64,000 bases of DNA, taken from contig CALKWO010000084.1 of the NCBI GenBank assembly GCA_938003875.1, positions 4,128 through 68,127 on the forward strand, in the 5' to 3' direction. This document shows positions 57,186 to 64,000 of this stretch, in pieces (the stretch's first letter is position 1; each line of letters begins with the position of its first letter). The position numbers were made by a program, and so were the translations under genes. The stretch is from an uncultured bacterium. Its GTDB lineage: Bacteria > Planctomycetota > Uabimicrobiia > Uabimicrobiales > JABWCH01. The notes under the pieces are model-generated. The model saw nothing but the letters and a program-made list of their open reading frames with translations. It ran no database searches and was not told where the DNA came from.

Positions 57186-58157
57186 TTATCCATGAGGTGT
57201 TAAGGTAGGCCAGAAAGAGTAGGGGCTTGCAATTTTTCCCCGAAATAAAAGCTCTGAAAGAATTTCTGTTATAGAAATTTTTGTTTGCTCTTGTATTTCT
57301 TTAAAAGAAGGAATAGGATCAATGCCTAAAAAAATGCAATTGTCCTGATGATCTAATCCTAATTCTATACTGGCATAAAGAAGCCCTGTTATTTTCATCA
57401 GGTTCTGAATTTTTTTCAATATTTCTGCCGGGCATTCAAATGTTTTGAATAGAGGTGTTTCATAGTCGTCTTTATAGAAGACTTCCACGGGAACAGGGAA
57501 ATTCCCTATCATCAAGACACAGAAAAATTTTTTGAAAACGAAGGCTTCCTGAAATAGACAAGGTGCTAATACAAGATTTTCTGTTTCCTCCAAATGCTCT
57601 TTTAATAGCCTGGCTAAACTCGCTCCCAAAGGAATCAGAGGACGGTAGTTGACTTTTGTATTATATTTTTCCCAAAAGGATTTCAAGGAATCAGGATGAG
57701 ATGTAATCAATGTTTCTGGTATTTTGAATCCGGCTATTTTAGCTGCCTGCAACTGGTATATGGAATTCAGTGCGATTTCCTGTCTTTCTGGCTGGTTGAC
57801 CCAAAGACAATCTTGGCTAGTATAGCTTATGGCATTTAAAAATTGGCAACATTCTGTATAGGCAAAGGCAACAAAATCCTTGCTTTGCAATTTATCAGAA
57901 ATTTTTGGTATTCCTGGTGCCCACCACCATACGCTACGCAGCTTCTCAAAAGAAATGCACTTTTTTTCTTCAGAAGCAAGCAATACCAACTTGTTTCCAC
58001 TGTTCGATACATAAAATTCGCATGTGTAATTTTTAGGAAATTCAGCAATATCTAAAATCAAGACATTCTGTGTATGCTTATCCTGGATATATGCTTGAAT
58101 TTTTTGAGCATGCTCATTTTCTTCTGATGCGATAATAAGAATTTCTGGTGTAAGCAT
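57186..58157 (-). CDS. Possible MvdC/MvdD-like ATP-grasp protein with a divergent active-site region (tentative)
   Basis: By-eye colinearity with microviridin-type ATP-grasp ligases as I recall them: ILIIAS…DIAEFP…, …LRSVWWW…, …QLQAAKIAGFKIPETLITS…, …LFQEAF…, …YASIELGL…IFLGIDP. The usual …LE(I/V)N… metal-binding motif reads FLGIDP here. Confidence 0.35.
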   Translation of the reverse strand: MLTPEILIIASEENEHAQKIQAYIQDKHTQNVLILDIAEFPKNYTCEFYVSNSGNKLVLLASEEKKCISFEKLRSVWWWAPGIPKISDKLQSKDFVAFAYTECCQFLNAISYTSQDCLWVNQPERQEIALNSIYQLQAAKIAGFKIPETLITSHPDSLKSFWEKYNTKVNYRPLIPLGASLARLLKEHLEETENLVLAPCLFQEAFVFKKFFCVLMIGNFPVPVEVFYKDDYETPLFKTFECPAEILKKIQNLMKITGLLYASIELGLDHQDNCIFLGIDPIPSFKEIQEQTKISITEILSELLFRGKIASPYSFWPTLTPHG

Positions 58158-58507
58158 ATTCTACCTTGCCCTTTTTAATCTTCACAAATCAGTACGCTTA
58201 CTTCACGTTGGTTATGACTTCCATTCATAAGTATATCACTTATAGTGATTTCTCCCAAGAAAAAAAAATAAAAAATCAGAAATTTTTGAATTTTTATTTT
58301 ACTAAAAAGAATTTATAGTGTAATATTCTACGTTGAAATATAGTGTTGCATTGTAAGTTTAAACTTGAAGGATAGAAAATTATAGTTTTTTGTTAAATGC
58401 ACTTTACGCTATATTCCAATCTTAGCCCTAAAGGTGCGAAATATAATAGCCAGTGGCAATGCACCTGGTAATTTGATTTTCAAAAAAAATCATGGAGATA
58501 AAGAAAA

Positions 58508-59212
58508 ATGTTTGAAGACTATGAAGAAATTTTGACTACAGAAGAATTAGCGCAAATTCTACGGCTCAATGAAAGAACAGTCATCAAGCTGGCAAAAGAA
58601 GGTCAGCTACCTGCTGCTAAGATAGCCAGCCAGTTTCGCTTTAGCAAAGAAAAAATACTGGAATGGTTAGACCTGCAAATGGATAAATACTCTGATGATC
58701 TTTTGTCCGATATGGAAAAGGGAATCTTAAATAAAGCCATTCCTATCCATAGTCTTTTGAAGCCTGTCCATATTAAAATGGAATTGCAATCCGAAACAAA
58801 AGAAGATGTTTTGAAGGAATTGGTAGATGTTGCCCACTCTACTGGCCTGGTAAAAAATCCTGAAGAGCTTTTAAAATGTATCAAAGCCAGAGAAGAACTT
58901 TGTTCTACGGCAGTAGAAAACCAGATTGCATTTCCTCATCCTCGCACAACCAGTTGGACTATTGTCAAAAATTGGCTGATTGTGATTGGAATTTCTAAAA
59001 AAGGAATCGAGTTTGGTGCAGCAGATGAAAAGCCTGTAAGAATTTTTGTGATGATGTCTATTCCTTTGCTACCCTTGCATTTACAATTGCTTTCTCGTTT
59101 GGCTCGAATTTTCAAAGATGATACTATTAAGCAAAAAATCTATGAAGCAAAGACGCCAGAGGAAATAATTACTATTATAGAAAAAAAAGAAGCAGAGTGG
59201 CAAACCAGCTAG
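58508..59212 (+). CDS. HTH (excisionase/MerR-like HTH_17) fused to a PTS EIIA-2 (PtsN-like) domain
   Basis: ILTTEELAQILRLNERTVIKLAKEGQLPAAKI…RFSKEKILEWL is the HTH. The EIIA-2 pattern has the IAFPHPR histidine and …VRIFVMMSIP…LHLQLLSRLARIF. Confidence 0.75.
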   Translation: MFEDYEEILTTEELAQILRLNERTVIKLAKEGQLPAAKIASQFRFSKEKILEWLDLQMDKYSDDLLSDMEKGILNKAIPIHSLLKPVHIKMELQSETKEDVLKELVDVAHSTGLVKNPEELLKCIKAREELCSTAVENQIAFPHPRTTSWTIVKNWLIVIGISKKGIEFGAADEKPVRIFVMMSIPLLPLHLQLLSRLARIFKDDTIKQKIYEAKTPEEIITIIEKKEAEWQTS

Positions 59213-59322
59213 ATCTATGCTGAGTCGTGCATAAAAAAAATTCCACAGAGGACACGATGTCCCAAAGAGGCTGTGTTCTTTGTGGCAAAAACTCTTTCAT
59301 ATTTTGCAGGTTAGGAAAAACT

Positions 59323-60558
59323 ATGGGAAACCTGATACAAACCGTTTTCCTATTGTCTTTAATTTTGTTCCTTCCTTTTTCCTTATATTCTAACGAAGCA
59401 TCTCTTCTCAAGCCTGTCTCTCAATATATTCCAGAATTGATTTCCTTATTGGATCACGAGTGTTCCTCGAAAAGGATGTGGGCAGCAGGTCAACTTTGTC
59501 TTATAGGCGAAGAAGCCCAAAAAATTATTATGCAAAAGTATCCTTCTGTTAGTTATAGAGCCAGACGAGAAATGGTTAGCATTCTTAGCAAAAATCCTAC
59601 AGATGCAACGAAAGAATATCTTATCAAGTGCCTTTTTGATATGGACTATGGCGTAAGAAACCGTGTTTCTGTCGCATTTCTGTCGTTGTGTGACCAAGAC
59701 AAAGAGCTTTGGGGGAGAGTAAAGCTTTTGACTCATAAAAATAAAGAAATAAAGAAAAGCATAGAAACCCTCTTAAGAACTCTAGTATATAAAAAAGTAG
59801 AAAAAGAGCTAGGGAATCTGGTTTCTCCCCAAGGCGGATTTGGATTCTATGAAGGTCAATTCAAAAATATGCTTTATTTACAGGAAGACGCTGTAGACCC
59901 GCTTTTGGAAATTTTTACTCAAAAAGACTACCTGTTCGTTCATATCGAGCAGCAAGAAAAAGAATGGAATGCCTATACGATAAGGTATCTTGCTGGTGAA
60001 GCACTTTCCCAGTTTGAACCGTGGATGAAATCAAAGAAGGCAAAAGTGCTGGTTGCTTTACAAGACATGATTGCCCAGTCTCAGGATCAGAAAGAAGACC
60101 AGCTCAGAGAGATTGCCATGACGGCTCTTTATTTTTTGGGAGATAAGAGCTATTTGGAAGAACGCATAAGAAAATACCAGATCAATATCCAAACTTATGA
60201 AGCCATTATAGGAAGTAGAAAGCTATTTATAGAAGAATATCAACATAAACTTGCGGAAAACTATTCTGAGCTAGGCATGATCTATTTGCGCATTCGCCAG
60301 GGAAAAAAAGGAATAGATATGCTCAAGAAAGCCATATCTCTGGATCCCAAAAACGGCCTCGTTTACTATAACCTGGCATGTGCTTATGCCTGTTTAAATG
60401 AGATCGAACAAGCTTTGGATGCACTAGAAGCAGCAGTGGATAGAGGCTACGATGATTTCGCATGGATGCTTAAAGATGGAGATCTGAGAAACCTACACAA
60501 TACAAAACGCTTTCAGGATGTCATCAAAAAGCTACAAGATAAAGCAATTGGTAAATAG
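59323..60558 (+). CDS. Secreted HEAT-like/TPR repeat protein
   Basis: Signal peptide MGNLIQTVFLLSLILFLPFSLYSNE (ATG 59323). HEAT-like N-terminal repeats. C-terminal TPRs (…AENYSELGMIYLRIRQGKKGIDMLKKAISLDPKNGLVYYNLACAYACLNEIEQALDALEAAV…). Confidence 0.7.
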   Translation: MGNLIQTVFLLSLILFLPFSLYSNEASLLKPVSQYIPELISLLDHECSSKRMWAAGQLCLIGEEAQKIIMQKYPSVSYRARREMVSILSKNPTDATKEYLIKCLFDMDYGVRNRVSVAFLSLCDQDKELWGRVKLLTHKNKEIKKSIETLLRTLVYKKVEKELGNLVSPQGGFGFYEGQFKNMLYLQEDAVDPLLEIFTQKDYLFVHIEQQEKEWNAYTIRYLAGEALSQFEPWMKSKKAKVLVALQDMIAQSQDQKEDQLREIAMTALYFLGDKSYLEERIRKYQINIQTYEAIIGSRKLFIEEYQHKLAENYSELGMIYLRIRQGKKGIDMLKKAISLDPKNGLVYYNLACAYACLNEIEQALDALEAAVDRGYDDFAWMLKDGDLRNLHNTKRFQDVIKKLQDKAIGK

Positions 60559-60631
60559 TCTAGCAATGAAAATTATTCTGCTTGCTATCCTATAATATTT
60601 AAATATACAAGTTTACAAAAATTATGTTATT

Positions 60632-60906
60632 CTGCGAACGGGCATAATTTAAAATTTTACCACAGAGACACAGAGAACACAGAGGAAAACGAGAAGAGAA
60701 CCACAGATGAACACAAATAAACACGGATTAAATAATGTTCTTGTTTCAATTTATGCATATCTAAAAAAACGATAAAATAGAAAGAAGCTATTATAAAAAA
60801 TTATTTGTGTTCATCTGTGTTTATCCGTGGTTCAAAATCTAAAAACTCTCTGTGCCTCTGTATCTCTGTGGTTAATTCTATTTTTTTAGTTTATGGCCGT
60901 TCGCAG
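60632..60906. repeat. ~275-bp imperfect palindromic (MITE-like) intergenic element rich in CACAGAG/CTCTGTG units
   Basis: Termini ctgcgaacgggcata (60632-60646) and tatggccgttcgcag (60892-60906) are complementary at 14/15. Inner arms accacagagacacagagaacacagag and ctctgtgcctctgtatctctgtggtt. The gaaccacagatgaacacaaat blocks appear in both arms. Confidence 0.8.
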
Positions 60907-60933
60907 TATATGATGACAAGAAAGGCAAATTTT

Positions 60934-62370
60934 ATGAAAAAGAATGTCTTGATACTATATTTGTTTATTGTTGTAATCTCTGCTTATTCTCTGGAAAATG
61001 AGATCAAAGAAAATGATGTATTTGCTTTTGTATATACATGGTTTTCTCAATTTGACCGCCAGGTACCTTGCCATGAATTTTTACAATATTTGCCAGACTC
61101 TGAATTTCATATATCCTTCCCTGGAACTAGCATTCGCAATAAACCAGATTTTAAATTGTGGTATGACGGGATACTTCAGTCTATCAAGAGCAATACACAT
61201 AAAATCGTTTCCATAAAAATACTGGAGAAAGAACAAAATTTTTTTGTGCTAACTGTTCTGGTTCGATGGAAAGCAACAACGTATACTGGCGAAAATTATG
61301 ATAATACTTACCAGCAGTCATGGAAGCTTAGAATAATCAATCGTAATATTTTTATTGAAAGCTATATAGTGAAACAGGTTGGCTTGATGGAAGTGTACAG
61401 TTCTTATCGCCAATGGACAGGTATTGCAGTATCTCCACAAGGTCGTATTTTTGTAAACTACCCCCGCTGGTCTAAAGATGTTCCTGTTTCGGTTGCTGAG
61501 ATACTAAGGGATGGTAGTATTCGTCCCTATCCTAATGAGCAAAAAAATCTTTGGACAGAGGAGTCTGGTTCCTTAAACGATTTTGTATGTATTCAAAGTG
61601 TTGTGAGTGATGAAGAAGGATATCTTTGGATACTGGATTCTGGCAATCCTCAATTTCAGGGTGTTAAAAAAGGTGCTGTTAAACTCATCAAAGTAGATAT
61701 CAGTAAAGATCAGATTGTTCATACGTATTTTTTGGATGAGCACATTGCTCCATTGCATAGCTATCTAAACGATGTAAGGTTCGATATACAGAAAGGGTTT
61801 GCATATCTCAGTGATTCTGGTCTTGGCGCAATTGTAGTTTTAGATCTCAAAACGAATAAGGCAAGACGAGTTTTAGAAAATCATTTTTCAACGAAATCAG
61901 AAAATATTGTACTCAAGATAGGTGGAAAAGAATGGCGTATGCCAGATGGTACTGCATTGCAAATACATTGTGATGGAATTGCTCTGAGCCATGATAAAAA
62001 TTATCTGTATTATCAAGCGTTAACAGGAAGATCCTTGTACCGCATTAGAACCTGTTTTTTACAGGATGAAAATATATCAGCAGCAAACTTAGAAAAAAAA
62101 GTGGAGTTCGTTGCTAAGACAGGAGCTGCAGACGGATTAGAATTCGATGCTAACGGGAATCTTTATATTTCTTCTTTGGAAAGAAATGCTATCTGTCTTT
62201 TTACCCCTGAAAATATATTAAAAATTGCTATTGAAGATGAGCGTATTGCCTGGCCAGATAGCTTTGCTATTTCTAAAGATGGAATAGTCTATTTCACAAC
62301 TTCTCAAATTCATTTAGGAAACAACATCAGTATGCCCTATAGAATATTTAAAATTGTGCCTTGTGAATAA
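60934..62370 (+). CDS. Secreted NTF2-like domain + major-royal-jelly/yellow-family beta-propeller protein
   Basis: Signal peptide MKKNVLILYLFIVVISAYS (ATG 60934). The MRJP-like pattern is …GIAVSPQGRIFVNYPRWSKDVPVSVAEI…, …YLWILDSGNP…, …LIKVDISKD… and …SYLNDVRFD…AYLSDSGLGAIVVLDL…. Confidence 0.7.
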   Translation: MKKNVLILYLFIVVISAYSLENEIKENDVFAFVYTWFSQFDRQVPCHEFLQYLPDSEFHISFPGTSIRNKPDFKLWYDGILQSIKSNTHKIVSIKILEKEQNFFVLTVLVRWKATTYTGENYDNTYQQSWKLRIINRNIFIESYIVKQVGLMEVYSSYRQWTGIAVSPQGRIFVNYPRWSKDVPVSVAEILRDGSIRPYPNEQKNLWTEESGSLNDFVCIQSVVSDEEGYLWILDSGNPQFQGVKKGAVKLIKVDISKDQIVHTYFLDEHIAPLHSYLNDVRFDIQKGFAYLSDSGLGAIVVLDLKTNKARRVLENHFSTKSENIVLKIGGKEWRMPDGTALQIHCDGIALSHDKNYLYYQALTGRSLYRIRTCFLQDENISAANLEKKVEFVAKTGAADGLEFDANGNLYISSLERNAICLFTPENILKIAIEDERIAWPDSFAISKDGIVYFTTSQIHLGNNISMPYRIFKIVPCE

Positions 62371-62502
62371 TTTGGTAATGTTAAATTACCAAATTAAATA
62401 GATGATTTCATTTTTTTTTTTTGCAATAGATAAAATTCAAAATACAATATGTCCGTCCAAATCGTTTTTGTAAAATTCTATGTATTTTTCAGGAGATCGA
62501 AT

Positions 62503-63540
62503 GTGAAAAACATCGTGATGTTGTTGCTTTTTGTTTGCAGTATAGCATGGGGTCAATTGAACGATTATATTGGCTCTATAGATGTAACAAATGAAGGAAT
62601 TAATCCAGAATGTGTTTTGATAGATAGCACAAATTTCAAGATATATATTTCTATACATAATACACAAAATACTGGTGCAAAAGATGGACTAATTGGAGTC
62701 TATGATTTACAAACTCATAACCAGGAAAAAATCTTCCAATGTGGAAGCAATGTCCTGATTGATCCTATGGGCATGGCATTGATTGGTAACTTCCTTTATG
62801 TTGCCAACTCAGATTTGACAGGAATCACTGGTGGCAATATTGTCCGTATTAATGTTGTCACAGGAGATTGGGTTTCTGGCGGAAATGGAGTTGCTCTGCC
62901 TGCTGGTGGCAATAACTATTTTGATTTGACAACAGACGGCACTAACTTATGGGCAGGCTCTAGTTTGAGTACGCCAACAGGAAACCTATATCGTTTTTCC
63001 CAACTGGAAAACTGGCCTAATCCTACTGTCAACACGACCAGTCTTGTTACAAATGCAAGAGGAAATGGAGTAATTTTAGGCGCAGGCAATGATATATGGG
63101 TCGCAGACTTCTCTGGCGGGAATCATGCAGGGCATGTCCAAAGCTATGATAGAAACACAGGCACTGTAGGCACTTTATGGAATTTTTTTTCTGTTGGGGC
63201 AAATCTTATGGATGGACTGGCATGGATAGGTGAGCCAGGAAACAGCGATCTGTATACAACGGATTGGGGGGCAAATGTCTATCTTCGAAGCCATAAAAAT
63301 AATTCCTATACAACCATAATCTCTGGGTTTGAACACGCCGCAGATATTGACATTGATAAAAATAACAAGAGATTGTATGTTGTAGATATGACAGCAGATG
63401 AAATTAAAATATACGGAGAAAAAAAATCGGAAAAACACCATAGCAATGGTCATACCTGTGGAGCCATAGGGATTGAATTTTTATTTCTTATGCTAATTCT
63501 AAAACTCTTGAGTAAATTTAAAAATAGAAATAAAACCTAA
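62503..63540 (+). CDS. Secreted beta-propeller (NHL/SMP-30-like) protein with a C-terminal hydrophobic-basic tail
   Basis: GTG 62503 with AGGAG 7 nt upstream (an alternative ATG is at 62518). Signal peptide …MLLLFVCSIAWGQ. Propeller-like blades (…PMGMALIGNFLYVANSD…, …HAADIDIDKNNKRLYVVDMTADEIKIY). Tail CGAIGIEFLFLMLILKLLSKFKNRNKT. Confidence 0.65.
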   Translation: MKNIVMLLLFVCSIAWGQLNDYIGSIDVTNEGINPECVLIDSTNFKIYISIHNTQNTGAKDGLIGVYDLQTHNQEKIFQCGSNVLIDPMGMALIGNFLYVANSDLTGITGGNIVRINVVTGDWVSGGNGVALPAGGNNYFDLTTDGTNLWAGSSLSTPTGNLYRFSQLENWPNPTVNTTSLVTNARGNGVILGAGNDIWVADFSGGNHAGHVQSYDRNTGTVGTLWNFFSVGANLMDGLAWIGEPGNSDLYTTDWGANVYLRSHKNNSYTTIISGFEHAADIDIDKNNKRLYVVDMTADEIKIYGEKKSEKHHSNGHTCGAIGIEFLFLMLILKLLSKFKNRNKT

Positions 63541-63756
63541 GCTTGATGCTTGTGTAAAAAGTTCCTGCCGCGGGTGAGGCACAGTAATAAAACCTGGGGT
63601 TTTAACCCCAGGAAGCAGGAAATACAAAGTTTTGCTAAGAAAAGCAAGAATCTTATCTCCTCTTCTTTTTATTCCTGGAAGAAAGTTTTCCATGGAACAA
63701 CAAACCTCGCTGAATATACATATAAGACTGTCTTCATGTTTTTTAAGGTAGATTTC

Positions 63757-64000
63757 ATGTGGTATTCTATTCTTTTTTTCTTTTTATTTATATTAAATGC
63801 GGTTTTGGCACAGAATTTCCCTGTGGAAAAATTGCTTGAAAAAATGGTGTTGGAGACAAAAAACAGTAAAAATTTTACTCATTTGCCAGACTATAAAAAA
63901 TTAAAGGATATGGGGCAGGAAGGAATATTGCAACTGGTTTCTGTGGCTAAGAAAAAAACATCTCTGCTTTCTTCTCGGATTATGGCTTGTAGGTTGTTGG
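63757..64000 (+). CDS. Partial CDS (N-terminus, runs off the right edge): secreted HEAT-like repeat protein
   Basis: ATG 63757 is open to the window end (81 codons, no stop). Signal peptide MWYSILFFFLFILNAVLAQ. …GQEGILQLVSVAKKKTSLLSSRIMACRLL resembles the N-terminal repeats of the 59323 gene. Confidence 0.5.
   Translation, partial: MWYSILFFFLFILNAVLAQNFPVEKLLEKMVLETKNSKNFTHLPDYKKLKDMGQEGILQLVSVAKKKTSLLSSRIMACRLL

Noticed and set aside
58158-58507. Chromosomal replication origin at the gene-orientation switch
   Set aside because: The divergent orientation and AT-richness are suggestive. However, I found no TTATCCACA-type DnaA boxes (the TTATAGTG repeats differ at 4 of 9 positions) and no dnaA or dnaN nearby. 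I cannot compute GC skew here.
60805-60933. N-terminal extension of the MRJP-like ORF (MCSSVFIRGSKSKNSLCLCISVVNS…)
   Set aside because: The extension is a read-through of the right arm of the palindromic repeat. A clean signal peptide begins at ATG 60934.
1-64000. Mobile genetic elements, prophage, defence islands, CRISPR-Cas, toxin-antitoxin pairs, rRNA and tRNA genes
   Set aside because: I looked for integrase, transposase, recombinase, reverse-transcriptase, cas and nuclease signatures and for tRNA-like cloverleaf sequences in every intergenic gap. I recognised none. The only TA-like trace is the truncated YgiT-type ribbon reported above.

Overview
AT-rich (by eye) bacterial chromosomal window that is almost fully coding. 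It looks like an uncultivated Gram-negative anaerobe: outer-membrane barrels, lipoproteins, PEP-CTERM tails, [FeFe]-hydrogenase and Na+-NQR are all present. I cannot place it taxonomically from sequence alone.

Nearly every gene from 157 to 58157 lies on the minus strand (exceptions: ybaN-like at 30414 and a hydrolase at 46815). From 58508 onward the genes are on the plus strand.

Recognisable content, left to right:
- Bor-like lipoprotein, tandem-SPFH protein and a 1523-aa all-helical membrane giant in one operon.
- EamA transporter.
- Monomeric CpI-type [FeFe]-hydrogenase with a TSCSPGW variant of the L1 motif.
- nagB.
- A six-gene nqr operon whose first subunit looks RnfC-like (both CxxCxxCxxxCP motifs intact), with a small zinc-ribbon ORF inserted after it.
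- Two LamG/PEP-CTERM proteins.
- A tightly coupled signalling block: FadL-like OMP with a large insert, TPR protein, 97-aa protein, soluble MCP-signalling domain, GAF protein, 501-aa unknown, and a REC protein with a 4-Cys tail.
- asnB-like amidotransferase plus an acyltransferase.
- A 1156-aa hybrid histidine kinase.
- A type IV pilus / T2SS-like cluster: ATPase, platform protein, two paralogous ~370-aa pilins each built from about three GspG-like modules, lipoprotein, PilP/GspC-like protein, secretin and PilT. It runs straight into an ABC-2 transporter.
- A porin, a stand-alone A-T-TE (NRPS-like, Cys thioesterase) and an ABC importer in one operon.
- Rhomboid protease with two N-terminal zinc ribbons.
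- Erythrin-like di-iron protein.
- A possible MvdD-like ATP-grasp.
- An HTH-EIIA(Ntr-like) fusion.
- HEAT/TPR proteins.
- An NTF2-like + MRJP/yellow beta-propeller, and another beta-propeller with a C-terminal anchor-like tail.

I recognised no rRNA, tRNA, CRISPR array, transposase, integrase or phage genes.

The intergenic DNA contains several long imperfect palindromic elements and short dispersed identical motifs.

All functional calls rest on motif and family recognition by eye. No database search, HMM or statistics was run.
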